Shown here one piece after another: positions 1 through 12,560 of a stretch of DNA of 64,000 nucleotides. The notes beneath the pieces were generated by a model that searched no databases, was not told the origin of the DNA, and saw only the letters and a list, made by a program, of their open reading frames with translations. The number at the start of each line of letters is the position of its first letter. The stretch's first letter is position 1. The stretch is taken from positions 1,240,001-1,304,000 of the forward strand of contig MU058687.1 of assembly GCA_013265495.1 (NCBI GenBank). Direction: 5' to 3'. The DNA is from Vicugna vicugna (taxonomy: Eukaryota). Both the position numbers and the translations under genes were made by a program.

Positions 1-676
1 GGCAGATGTGGCAAGGTGAGATGGATTTGCAATGGTGGCTGTAGAGATTCATTATTCCACTTCCCCACTACAAAGTGAGGATCCAGATACTGGAGCATCA
101 TATAACCTCAGTGGGAGTTGTGTGAGAAACTGGACTGAATGTTACACTTGGCAATATTTGAAAATAATGCTGAACAGGGTACCTGGCTGAAGTTCTTTCT
201 TTCTCTAAAATTTATTTTTTTAAAACTAGCTTCTCTGTAGAATTAACCTTTTGAACATCTACTATGTATGGGACACTTTTTGTAAGATATACAAAAATAA
301 ATGGTACATAATCTTTGTCCTCAAAGAGTTTTTTAATTTAGTGTAAGGGACAAATATGCATGCAGATAATGACAATACAGTGCACAGAATGCTAATTCAA
401 TTTCATCAACATCCATTGAGAGCTCATTATGACCCTGCTGTGGGCTATAACAAGGATAGAAAATATTATAAGAGCACAAAGGATCAGAGAGATTCATTCT
501 GACTGGGAAGACTGAGAAAGTGTTCTCAGAGGAACCAGCATGTTATCCAAGGTTACACAACTACAAACAGTAAGTGATGGAGCTGGGATTTAGTTCCAGG
601 CAGTCTGAGTACAGCGCCTACTCCCATGAATGCTGTTATGCTCTACCACTCCCAGGAGTTTGAAGTAGCATAGTAC

Positions 677-1213
677 TATTGCAGGAAAATGGGGCACAAG
701 AGGATGGTCATGGTCCCTGAGACATGCCCCACCAAGGGTCCTTGGCTTCATGCAGGAAAGAATTCAAGAGCAAGCCACAGCGAAGTGAAATTAAGTTTAT
801 TTAGAGAGATACACACTCCATAGACAGAGTGCACACCATCTCAGAAGGCATGAGGCCCTGGGGTGTGGGGATGTTTCGTTTTTATGGACTGGGTAATTTC
901 ATATGCTAACGTGTGGGAGGATTATTTCAACTATTTAGGCGAAGGGGCAGGGATTCCCAGGAATTGGGCCACTGCCAACTTTTTGGACTTTTATGGTCAG
1001 CCTCAGAACTGTCATGGAGCCTGTGGGTGTGTCATTTAGCATGCCACTTATTACAATGAGCATATAATGAGGCTCAGGGTCTTCTGGAAGTCCAACCTTT
1101 GGCCATCTTGTTGGTTCTAGTTGGTTCTAACCAGTTTTTGTCATATCTTCGATGGCTATGTCATTCTTTTAATGGTTGCACCTGTCCCCTTCCCTCCTGT
1201 CCTGTCCTGTCCA
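677..1213 (-). mobile_element. MER41-like ERV1 solo LTR
   Basis: Minus strand shows blocks I recall from MER41 (AAGATGGC, CTCATTATATG, GCATGCTAAATGACAC, CCATGACAGTT, AATAAAC, GAATTCTTTCCTGC...CCAAGGACCC). Near-identical 4-bp flanks gtac/gtat. Family recognised by eye. Confidence 0.7.
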
Positions 1214-1254
1214 GTATCACTGAGGTAAAAAAGTACAAGTAGTCAGGTGTGGCT

Positions 1255-1390
1255 GGACAAAGGGTTCTCAACCCTGGCTGCACAAAGGATCTTGGGAGAA
1301 GCTCTTAAAAATACTGATTCCCAGGTCTTACCCCCTAGAAACTGCTTTTGAGGGGGTCCTAAAGCACAGCCAGGGTTGAAAGCCCCTGAA
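1255..1390. mobile_element. MER5-type hAT-Charlie element (internally deleted)
   Basis: Inverted ends ggttctcaaccctggctg ... cagccagggttgaa. Confidence 0.6.
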
Positions 1391-1399
1391 CTAGACTCT

Positions 1400-2460
1400 G
1401 AGGAGGCAAGGCTGGAAAGGGAGGCTGAACCTAAATAACCTGGCAAGTTGAAATACCATGTTAAATTACACGCTTCAGCTTTATAGGTAAAGAACAAGCC
1501 ACTGTGTAGGAGAATGATAGGATCAGAAATATTTAGGATAATTATTTTGGCAGCAGCATGGAGGATGGGCTTGGAGAGCAGATGAATAGCAGTTAGGAGA
1601 GTGGTGCCATCCAATGAGACATAGGGAAGAACTCACCTAGGGCACTAGAAATGTAAAGGAAGGGTCATATATAAGAGACATTGCAGAGTAAATTCAACAG
1701 TCCTGCTGACCAGTTAGAGAGAAGGGGTGACAAAGAGGGAGAAGTGGAAGACGACTGCTGCTTTCAGCATAGAGGGAACACTGAAGAAAAGTGGCTCGGG
1801 GCATAGGGAAGTGATCACGAATTTGTTATCTGTCATACTGAGGTTCCTGAGGAACATTCATGTGGAGGTGCTACATGGGTAGTCGGAAATTTAAGTCTGT
1901 AACTAGGAGAGAGAGCTAAGCGAGATATCATTTAAACATAGGTAAGACCTGAAATTTCAGCATTAGGTTGAAATCATTATGGAAGAGAATGTCTGGAACT
2001 GCCTTTATATGAGAAACTCCTAAATTTGGGGGTGAGGTGGGAAAGGGCAGGTAAGGAAAAGACATAAATGCCAGCTGCCTGTAAGAAGAAGGAGTAAGGA
2101 CATGAAAGAAGAAACCAAGAAGGCACAGGAGTAAGTGAGAAGAATTCCAAGGGAGAAAAAGTCAATAAATTGAAAATGAGTAGGCTGAAGAAATAGCAGC
2201 TTTTGTCTTTGGTCATTGGAAGGTCACTGGTAGCCTGGCAGTTGCATAAAGTAGAAAGTGGGGGCCAGACCACAAGGGACTGGACAATGAAGGGGAGATG
2301 AGGAAGTCAGGGGCAGCAAATGTAAAATTTTCTATTAAGAAGTTTTGTGGAGAACAGAAGAAATGAATGGGTCCCTAAGGTGAGAGGTCAGGTTACGGGA
2401 AATGGGGTTTGTTTTGCTGGGGAAAGTTAAGCATATTTTAAAACCAAAGAGAAGGAGTGT
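1400..2460. mobile_element. Degenerate LINE2 remnants
   Basis: Purine-rich old-repeat texture with L2-like motifs (gaaggtcactggtagcctggca, gaggaacattcatgtggaggtg). Boundaries approximate. Confidence 0.4.
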
Positions 2461-3559
2461 GTGAACAGGTACAACTTGAAGTTAACAAGATGGAGGGGTA
2501 AAGTGAGTCAATTTCTGGAGGGTACTGAAAAAGACCAATTCAAGAGAACTCATGGAAAGACAAAGATTCTTCATTCTCAGAAACAAGAACAGAAGTCAAG
2601 TTGGAGGGAGGCACCCTGGGAAATTCTGCCAGACTTGGGGGCAGGGGGTAGCTTTTCCAGTTGATGACAGGCAAGCCCAATGCTGAGATAATTGGGAACT
2701 TGAAAAGAGTGGGAAATGTCTGGAAGTGCATACAGAAAGAAGGCAGAAGAGAGTCAACTAGAAAAGAAAACAAGGCATAAAAGGACTGCCCTGGAGCGCC
2801 ACCAAGGAATTTCTTTTTAACTTGTAAAAGCTGTAATATGACATGTTGAAGTATTAACACCGACCACTGCTGTCTATTATTATTTTCCATGTGCATGAAT
2901 CTTTTTAGTAGTTTACAGGGAGAAAAGTAAGCAGCCTGTTCCAAACAGCTTACACAGATGAACTGAAACATGAAGACAAAGTCTTTTCTGATGTTAACAA
3001 GTTATAGAGTATCTTTAGTGTTGAAACCAGGTTATACTGAGTATTTTCGACCTGGTAGTTAACTTTATTATTATTACAGTTGGCTGAGTCATTCTCGGGC
3101 CTTGAGAAGAGAGAGCCAGAGTTACCAGGTAACTCTCGTAAAACATTATATCAAAATAATTAGATTGGCTACATAAGAGATACTGCGGAAAAGACACTGC
3201 GTAGCAAAACCTAAATAAGTTGCTAAAATTTGAGCAAGCTCCAAACTGTTTACAAGGAAAAGCATGAGAGAGAGTATACAGCCGTACCTGGAGCCCTTAC
3301 AAAGCAGCTGAGCGTGCTAAGAAAGGCTATCAGCAGGCCTACTCCGGCTAAGTAGGCCAATACCGGAATCCTGCGGCAGAATGACCCGAAGGCACAACTA
3401 GGGGCTCCGTCCTTTGCCAGAGGAGGGCACACCCCAGGATCTGAGAGCATCTCCCTGAAAAAAATACAAACTCTTTGATAGAGCCTCAGAAAATCCTCTC
3501 ACACCCCCTTCTCCATTCCCTAAGGGCAGGGCTGGACGAAGCTGCAGACTTGGCAGGAC

Positions 3560-4060
3560 ACCGGGTCAAGTGACTCTCTGGTTGACCGCGCCCGCTACCC
3601 TGGCAGCGCCAGTTCGTGTGCGGACTGCGCCTGCGCATGCTGCCCTAGCGGAATTCTCGGCGAGGTAGGGCCGGGCGCGCATGCGCTTCCGTCTCCAGGC
3701 AACGGGAATAACAGAGGCCCGCTGAGCGCGCGTGCGCGGCTGTCGGTTGTTGGCGGGTGTTTGGTCGGGAAAACTAAGTTTTGGGGTTTCCCCTGAGCAG
3801 AAACGGTCGCAGCGAGCCTCAGGTACACGGAAGGGCGGCAAGACATGGGGTCAGCACCTAGACCTCTCAAAGGCCCGACGGACCGAAGAGCGAGGGCTTG
3901 TCCCCAAAGCGGAATCTCCGGTGGGGGCGCCCCGGCTGACCCTTCAGGACAGAACTCGGCTTTCGCATTCCAGATCTAAAACCGGCAGCGGCCAGTTCAG
4001 GTGGTCCCCGCCTCTCAGGTTACAGACTTTCCTCCGTGTTCGCCGCGGGGACTCCTTGGG
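3560..4060 (+). promoter_or_regulatory. ZC2HC1C: CpG-island promoter of ZC2HC1C with NRF1 and RFX X-box motifs
   Basis: CpG-dense. NRF1-type TGCGCCTGCGCA (3626-3637) and GCGCATGCGC (3677-3686). X-box-like GTCTCCAGGCAAC (3691-3703) and GCTACCCTGGCAGC (3594-3607). Confidence 0.75.
3720..3822 (+). other. ZC2HC1C: Probable non-coding first exon of ZC2HC1C (5' end uncertain)
   Basis: Donor CAG|GTACAC at 3822/3823 just downstream of the promoter motifs. Acceptor tctccccTAG at 4670-4671 precedes the ATG. Confidence 0.45.
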
Positions 4061-4690
4061 TGAGAGTTTGTCAGCCACGCACCTGCTGCAGGTCCTAAGT
4101 GGGCTCTGTTCTCTTTGGGGTCAAGCACGGTTCCAACATGAGAGAAGCCCTGAGAGCTCTTTTTGCCAGTCACTTACCAATGGGCCGCAGTTTTCTTGCC
4201 TGTAAAGTGATGGAACTGGACTCAGAGTCCTCAGGTTCCTAAATTACAGTCATGAAACTCTGAGCGAACCCTCGGTTTACGGGTGAAGAAACTGAAGCTA
4301 GTGAGGGGTGGCTGCTTGTTCTGTGTCACAGGCCTAAAAACTGACTTTCAATTCCATAGCTTTTTGCACCTGCTACGGAGTATACTGTATATGCAGGAAT
4401 GTCACTGTATGGCAGAAGCTGGTACTGATGTAAAGGAAAGTGAGGTGGCAGGAACTCCTCTATCAGATTGATTTTTCTTTCCTCGGGGCCTAATGAGCAC
4501 TCACAGGACATAATAAGCGCTCACCAAATGCTTACTGAGTGAAAGCTCTGGCAGACCCAGCAGCACTGTCCCTAAAATGTCTGAGGGAAAATGTGGGTAG
4601 GACAAATATAGGAACAGCGAGGTGAACCTCAAACAAACTCCTCACATATGTCTGGTTTAAATCTCCCCTAGGCTTCAGTCCAAGCCCTGA

Positions 4691-6022
4691 ATGGCTGGTC
4701 TCCGGTTGGCGCCGCCTCTGCCTGTGGGCGTTATGCTCCCATATAATAAAACAGAAGCTCCAAGGCTCCATTCAGCTAAGCAAGAGCCCTATGAAAAAGG
4801 TGACTCTCTCCAGCATTCCTCTATGGGGCACATGAGGAACAATTTCCAGCAGAAGCTTTTGAGTGATGAAGAGCTGACACTGGATAATCTCTACACTCAC
4901 CCCAAATGGAACACCTGCACAAAAGCCCGAGGCTACTCCTATCCCTGCTGTGCTGGAATCAGCCAGCAAGATTCGAGAAGCAATCCCCAGGGCCAAACAA
5001 AGGGTTTGCTTTACTCATCGGGCCTTCAACCCTGGTATCCCAAAACAAATAGCAAGGAATTCATCCCCTTTACAAAGAAGCGAGTTGGAGTGGACCGGGC
5101 ATACCCACTGAAACCTGTGTTTCATCGGAAGTCCCATCATACGGGTGAGGCTGACACTGATGGGGACCAGAATGTCTCTCCAAGGCCCCCTGAGCCTAGA
5201 GAGTTTTCATACAGTAACTTTGGTTCGAGAAAATGGGTTTATTCATCTGTGATTGGTACAGTTGCTGCCACTCAGGAAGAGAGGGTCATGGCAAATCCCA
5301 ACAGAACTGAGTGGATGCAAATCCAAAGACTAGAAGCTGCAGGGGAGAGCTTAGAAGAGGAAATCCGAAGAAAAGAGACCCTTCTGAGGGAAAAGCTGAA
5401 GAAAACAGAGGAAGAACTAAGAAGGATCCAGAAAGAAAAGGAACAGGCTGAGGAAAATGAAAAAAGAGAGCTACAGAGAATGGCACTCCCCAGCAGGAGA
5501 GTTAAAGGTAACAGCAAGACCACATACAAACCTATCTTCTCCCCAGAATTCGGGTCTGAGGAGGTCTTCAGTAGAGACAACGGAGGGGATGAAACTTGGA
5601 GATGGTGTCAAGAAAATTCTGGTCCATTCCAGGCCTCTGAGTATGGAATTCAGAAGCTCAAAAGGGAAAGCTTGATGGCAAGCAATAACAAAATCCGAGA
5701 CCGAGCCTCAGGGTCATTGAAGGAGGAGAAGTTTTCTCAGGCTTCAGAAGTGCCACACAGTGCTTTTCAAGGAGCCACCAGCAATTCTAGCTCGCCTAGG
5801 GCACCAGACTCCTCGGGTTCCAGCTGTTCCACTGAAGAGCCAGAACTGGGAGAGTGCAGCCACTGTGGACGAAAGTTTCTCTTGCTTAGGTTGGAGAGAC
5901 ACTCCAACGTCTGCAGCAGGATGCAGGGTTCCAAGAGGAAAGTATTTGACTCCTCCAGGGCCCGGGCCAAGGGCACAGAACTAGAACAGTACTTGAACTG
6001 GAAGGGAACAGCCTCTGTCAAG
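4691..6022 (+). CDS. ZC2HC1C: ZC2HC1C coding exon A (444 codons)
   Basis: ATG 4691. Finger CSHCGRKFLLLRLERHSNVC at 5855-5914. Donor AAG|GTAACA. Confidence 0.93.
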
Positions 6023-9000
6023 GTAACAAGGGCCTTATAGATTTGCTTTTGAGTGGGGAATCATTGTAAGGGCCTGTTATAGCCTTATCAGTTCTCTTTA
6101 GAAAAATTTCATGTGTCATGTAGGGAGAAAGCAAAAATTAGCATTTATTGATTACCACTGTTTACCAGTCACTGTGATGGGAGCTTTTCATATGATCCTC
6201 ACCACAACTATGTGAAGATTTATTATCTCTTATCAATTCAAAAATCAATTAAAAAATCAGAGAGGTTAACTTGCTTGAGATCACAAACAGCTTTAAATTA
6301 CAGAATCAGCATATAAATCTGAGTCAGAATGACTCCAAAATCTAGACTTAAAAAATATATATATCCTTTTGATTACAGAGGTAATAAACATTTCCTGTAG
6401 GAAATTTAAGAGACATGAAACATATAAAGAAAAAAATTATGCATTTCATCACCCTGAGAGAATTCCTTTCTTTGCAACATACTCTGCTACCTCCCAAGAT
6501 GAGGAGGTGTTACCACTCCTATAACTGCATCTACTTTTTCTAGATTAGCTTAATTTTGATACCCCTCCTTAGTAAATACATGAAACACAATTAAGTTTGG
6601 AATTCTTTCTCTCCCCGTTTAAAGTGTAAACACCTTAAAAGTAGAGAGCTTTATTCCTTGTGAACATTCCTAGCTGCAGAAAAACTAGGTTGTAAAAAGA
6701 ACTCTGAGACACTACCATAATTTGGGGGTAACTTCTGGACAGCCAGATCCAGAGAAGACTGTCTTGTGAATAAGTTTACCACCCTGTCAGGCTGATACCA
6801 CTTGGTGTGTTTTAGAGTGTTTCTCTAAATGTAGCATGCTGACAAGCATTTTTTATTTTAGTAATTTTAATGTGTATTGGAAATACAAAACATAGTAGGC
6901 CCTTGATTTCTAAGAATCATGCATTTAAAGAAAAATTGAGTAACAGTAAGGGGGATAAAGTGAAAGTGGTATGCAAATGAAGTGTGGGAAAGCCTAGACC
7001 ACATAAATTCAAAGCCCCATCCAACTCTAATAGTCTCGTAAACTATGAGAATGTTATTCTATTTTCATTTCTTTCCAACCCTCCAACTGCTGCACTAGCA
7101 CCTCTTGTTCATTAGCACTTTAGAGTTTATGTGAGTATTTTCTGGGGCCTATATTTATGTGATGGCTGTTAGGAGAAGTCTTTTGCAGTTAAGTTATTTC
7201 TTTCAGTACAATTCGGGAGATCACCAAAAGATAGTCCCTTCCATGTTCAGAGATGATCTTCCTGAAATCCAGTTTCCAATGAGAAGTCAACATTTTGCTC
7301 TTGCAGATAATGACGTGATCACCAGTTCCTGTTCTTTCCTGTTTTCTTTCTGGTCAGTCCAATAATCGACTGGGGTATTCTCTCACTATAGTGGTTTATT
7401 TCTGGCCAGAACCTAAAAGAACCTTGTGTTTCTTAAATTCCTAAATACAGTAGCAGTGAAGCAAAAGAATTGGGTTTCTGAGATCAGAGGCTTTAGCTTT
7501 GTGGAAACTAGTTTGAGGAAATACATTGCATTTAGGACACTGAGGCAGAAAGGATCTGGCTTGCGATGCACTCCCCTTCTTGGAATGTCCCAAGTCTTAT
7601 TCCAAAGCTTTGTGCCTTTGGAAGCTAAGTGGTTTGTGTCTGTCACTCCTCCAGTGTACTCACAAGAACAGGTGATTTTCCTAGTATCATTTAATATCAC
7701 ATAACTTCTGGCAGACTCATACTTCTGGTCTCTCTACTGGATCTTACGCATTTGAGCACAGAGACTACATCTTTGTGCTTTGTGGTTAATAAGTGTTAAC
7801 TGAATAAATTTCAATACAATGCAGAATTAAAGTTTAAGTATCATATAGTTGAGGAACTTTCCCCTAATTCAGTTCTAAAGGTTCCTGGATACCGTCTCTC
7901 ACACACTGATTCTCTTGCCTTGTCTGTTTCAGTAAGACTCTCATGATGGATCCTTCCTCTTCCTTTGATAACATCTCCATTATTCACCATTAACGATGTT
8001 AGTTCGCTAAGCAGCTACCTGCCTTCTGTTTTCTTCTTTTAAAAATTAAATTTTATTTTAATCTGAATAATATTTGAATACATTTTAAAAATCATGTAGT
8101 ACAAAGTGACCTATAATGCAGATCAACAGTATTCTGCCTCATCCCTCTCCCGCCCATCATCTAGCCCCCAAAGGCAGGCAGCCTTCAGTTCTGATATGCA
8201 TTTCCATATTTCTAAATAATTTGCTTATTTTCTTGATTGATAAATTTTGGACATCATCTGTTGACTTCCTCTTATGGGTTAAACTCTCTTTCATATCCCC
8301 TCTCCTCCCACTTTTCTCCTTCCCTTACCCTTCCATCGTAGTAGAATCACAATTTTGGGTTAAACCAGTAGTCAGCTTTTACATGAAAATAACCACATAC
8401 ATTTTGTTCACTGGTTGAACAGATTCTGCCCCTGCCCACATGCACCTGGAGTTAATAATTGACTCATGTTTTCATTTGGTTGGTTTCCTACATACCTATC
8501 TGTAACTTTTTCCCTTAAATGATCCATCTGATGTCAGGTACCTGTTAATATTTTTGTAAATGCTCAAACACCTCTCATATTCCATCAGTTTTTTCCCCCC
8601 TAAATTCTGGAAACCTCCTTCCCACCACTGTTTTTCTTCTTGCTCCAGTCAAACTGGTTCTCCAGACCTGTTGTCTTGGGACTTCTTTTTGCTTCTCTCC
8701 TGTTTCTAGCATCCTGTGTCTTCCTTTTCCTAGCTTCACTCCTTGCTTTGCTGAAGCTTACTAAGAAAGGTGCATGGGAGGCATATTTTTTGTCTTGGTA
8801 TGAATGAAAATATCTGTATATCATTCCTTATATTTGGTTGATGATTTGGCCAGGTAGAGTACTCTAGGCGGGAAATAATTTTCTGTTAGAACTTTTATGG
8901 CATTTTCCACTAGCTTTTAGCACCCAGTGTTACTGTTGAGAAATCTGATGTCATTTTGATTCCTGCTCCATTATATGAAACCCATTTTGGTTTTTTTCTT

Positions 9001-10697
9001 TTCCTAAAAGCTTACAGGATTCTCACTTTATTCTGAAATTCTGAAATTTTACAATGACTGTGTTGGATACTTGGTAGAGCATTTCAGTCTTAATTCTAGG
9101 AATGTTCATTGTCTTACTTCTTCAATAATTTCCTCCTTGTGCTTCCTTTGTTCTTTTTGGAACTCCTGCTGGTCAGGTGTTGGACTTCCTGGATTGACTT
9201 TCTAGTTTTCCAATCCCTTTTCCCCCTGCTTTCCATTTTGATCCTTTTTCCCATTCTGTGTAATTTTTTGACATTATTATACAACATTTCTTTTTTTAGC
9301 TATTACAGTATTAATTTATTATAATTCTTTCTGGTTCTCTCTTTCCTTTTTCATAGCATATTCTTTATATATACAATCTCTTCTAATACTTCTTTGTTTA
9401 TTACTATATGTAATTGGCAGGGACTTGTGACACTGCAGTATCCCAGCTTGCTTTGATGGTAGATTTAAAAAGTCATCCAGCCAAACTGATTTGAAAGCAG
9501 AGTACTAGCAATATCTGAAACTGAAGTTCCTTCCCTTTTTTTTTTCTTGACATATGAAATTCATTAGAAAAGAACAGCTACAGAGACACAGTGTGCTTTC
9601 CCCTGTCCCTACCCTTTAAAGTATATAAAGATGAGATTCCCTTCTGCTACCTGCCTTGTTGTTGCTTCCTGAGTGTGTGTGCATGTGTGTATTAATGTAC
9701 TTGTTTTGATCTCTCCCTTGTTAGAGCTTTACTCATATCTTGTGATCCCTGACTGTCCACTTAGATTTAAGCTTAGTGGGTGGGGCTTGTTGACTGTGAG
9801 GGACTTCATATTAGGATTATCAAATCGTGAGCCTTTTAATTGGGGTCTCTCAGAGTCAGCATCTGATGGCTTTTCTCCCCACTGTTTGGTGCATCCAGAA
9901 AAGTCTTGACTCCTATGAGAGTGCCAATGTGCCCGGTACTCTCAGAGCTGAGTGAGGAAAGGAGGCTGACAGTTCCATAATCTATCATGTACACTTGCAC
10001 TTAACCCCCATTTTCAGCCCCTAGATTAGCCCTGTTCTCCATTATGCCTGGGTGTCTTGAGTCTGAAACCTGTTTGGTTCAACTTCTCCAGAGAGGGTGC
10101 TGGAAGTGTTGGACACTTGGATGTGCAAGGTGGAAAAGGAGCCCTAGGGGCCAGCCTATTTGCAGCCCTGCACCTCCCCCTTTTCCACTACCTGTACTTC
10201 CAAGCACTGAGCCTCTCAGGGGTTCTGCTGGGAAAACCGGCTTGCCTCTCGGTACTGTCCCCCTTTGCAGGCCCTTAGTTTAAGTGCCTCCACTCTGGCA
10301 AGTCAATTATCATTGTTGCTCCTTTCCTGTTCTCTCTGACCTCATAGATTAACTTACTGTCATTCTAATGGAGTCTTAGGAAGGGGATGAGATAAATGCC
10401 AAGTTCAACAATCAGTCTTCCTTCAACTTACAGGCTGAACCTCCTAGGAAGAGCAACTGGAGACAGAAGCATGAATCTTTCATCCGTACCCTCCGTCAGG
10501 CTCGAGAGATCCAGCAGGTAATTGCCAAAGGTGGAAACCCCTCAGATCTGCCTCCCATTCTGCCTGCAGAAAATCCAGACTATATTCAGTGTCCTCACTG
10601 TAGCCGCCACTTTGCTCCCAAGGTGGCTGAGCGGCACATTCCCAAGTGTAAGACCATCAGGAACCGTCCTCCGCCTCCAAGGAAGCATTACAGTTGA
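4691..10697 (+). CDS. ZC2HC1C: Zinc finger C2HC domain-containing protein 1C, join(4691..6022,10434..10697), 531 aa
   Basis: Large ORF with a charged coiled-coil and C-x2-C-x11-H-x3-C finger. Phase-0 GT-AG intron to an exon carrying a second finger. Syntenic with NEK9. Confidence 0.93.
8040..10370 (-). mobile_element. Old L1M/HAL1-like fragments in ZC2HC1C intron
   Basis: T-rich antisense-L1 texture (tgttgagaaatctgatgtcattttgattcc, ttctgaaattttacaatg). Fragmented, boundaries approximate. Confidence 0.45.
10434..10697 (+). CDS. ZC2HC1C: ZC2HC1C terminal coding exon (AEPPRKSNWRQKH...CPHCSRHFAPKVAERHIPKC...RKHYS*)
   Basis: Acceptor cttcaacttaCAG|GCT. 88 codons, TGA at 10695-10697. Missed by the ORF track because it has no start codon. 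Confidence 0.92.
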   Translation, partial: AEPPRKSNWRQKHESFIRTLRQAREIQQVIAKGGNPSDLPPILPAENPDYIQCPHCSRHFAPKVAERHIPKCKTIRNRPPPPRKHYS

Positions 10698-11662
10698 GCA
10701 GACAGCAGTGGAAACCTCAATAGTAAAGAAGGCTCTGCTTCTCTTCAGCAGTAAATGGGAGTAAAATAATCTGATGCAGAGCAGAAAGAACTGAAACTTT
10801 GACATCTCCCAGATCTGCCTGCAGAGCTGAAATCAGTGAGGAGAGACCCACTGCTAAGCAGCAGGAGGTGGAAGGAAGCCTCAGCTTCCCATTAAATCAC
10901 CACCTCAGGCTGATGTGCCTTATGTTATTATCCTAAGAACTGATAGGTGAAGACACGTAAGAGTAGCAAGGAGTCTACATTAAAGCTCTCCTCTTGCAAG
11001 CCTGACTTGTGGTTTGTGCTGGTTAAGTGCCTGCATTTGCTGTGCTGTCTTGCCACTGCCTCTGCATGTATGTCTGTGATTCCTGTTAACTCTTCTTGTT
11101 CTTGCAAGAAGTTGGCTTTTTAGGATGAGCTGGTGTCAGAGGATCATGGTATCTCTTGTAAAAAATAATACAATTTTGCTGTAAGGCAAATGACCTCTCT
11201 GGTACATGGTCCTGGCCAAAAGCCAATACAAGTATGGAAGGTTAGGGCGCCAGTATATCCTAAACCCTCCCGATGTACTGTGTAATACAGTGAACCTCAT
11301 CTTTATGTACTTTACAGGGTAGGGATGGAGGAAAGCACATTGTGTCTCTGTAGTTGTTCTTTCCTAATGGATTTCATATGTCAAAAAAAAAAAAAGGCAG
11401 TTGGGGGAGGAAGGAACTTCAGTTTCAGCTATTGCTAGCACTCTGCTTTCAAATCAGGCTGGCTGGATGACTTCCTAAATGAGGCAGCAAAATCTACCAT
11501 CAAAGCAAGCTGGGATACTGCAGTGTCACTTGTCCCTGCCAATTATACTACAGTAAACTTCTATTTTAGAAAGTAAACTTTAAAGGAAGAGGTACTAGAT
11601 CTTTAAAATTTTCTCTGGACAGAATTGTGTCTAGTGCAAGTAACCTTCATAATTAGGCTCTC

Positions 11663-11696
11663 AATAAATGGGTTTGGGGGATTTCAAAATAATAAA
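11663..11696 (+). terminator. ZC2HC1C: Probable ZC2HC1C polyadenylation signals
   Basis: Two AATAAA at 11663-11668 and 11691-11696, about 1 kb after the stop. Confidence 0.55.
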
Positions 11697-12266
11697 ATGA
11701 GTTGAGTCCTAGACTTATCAAATGGGAGAAGTGATAAGGTAAGGTCTGATGGGGGTAATATCAGTTCAGGCAGATGAAGCCAGCACAACAGATCTGAAAT
11801 ATTAGTAAGATTATTGTCCTGAGAGCATCACTCAAATTGTTAGTTTAAAATACTGGAGAAAAAATTACCCAACCTGACCTAGGCAAAGGCAGACAACAAA
11901 ACTGTATTTGCTGAACAACAGCTGGCACTCACTCTTGTTCCATTTCCTCTGCACCTTCTGCTGAGTGGCTGGGCTAACAGATCAGACCAATTTGATGTGA
12001 GTTTAAGGCTTTAGCTGTGAAGCTGCAGGACACTAGGCTGAAAAAAATTACATATTAAAAAAATAGCACATATTGCTTTATGCTCTTCTTAATTGTTACA
12101 AAGAAAAGGAAGTATCATATAATGGGGCCTTTGGTTGGCCTTTAAAGAAACCTCACAAAGAGACACTGGATATTTAACCCAATATATACATCCCCAGGCA
12201 AGTTTAATGAAGTACCCACTTTAAGTTTCACATTTGATGGTAAACGCAATAGAGGACAAGAATGAG

Positions 12267-12560
12267 CAGTGGCCAAGGTCACAAAGTGGTAGCCTGTGGA
12301 CTGCTTTGCCCCACAGATATGTTTTATTTGACTGGCATAGCATTAAAAATTTAATCCAATATTAAAAATATGGGATATGGAGCTTGTCTTGAAAAACTGG
12401 AAACTCTGGAAACCCTGGGCCAGCTATCCTGCATAGCACCAACTGAGTGGGGTTCAGAATCAGTTTCTCCTTCCAGATGGAGTGAGGCACTCAGATCACC
12501 ACAGCCCTGCCTGGCCTGCTTCCCTTATTTGCCTTGTCTGCCTGGTTTGTAACCCCTAGA
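12267..12560. mobile_element. hAT-Charlie element (MER102-like)
   Basis: tggtagcctgtggactgctttgccccacagatatgttttattt ... cttgaaaaactggaaactctggaaaccctgggcc. Confidence 0.45.

Noticed and set aside
3566..4205. ORFs of 91-157 aa over the ZC2HC1C promoter
   Set aside because: GC-rich artefacts with no recognisable domain
10522..10764. 80-aa ORF-track call
   Set aside because: Wrong frame. The zinc-finger frame is 10434-10697.
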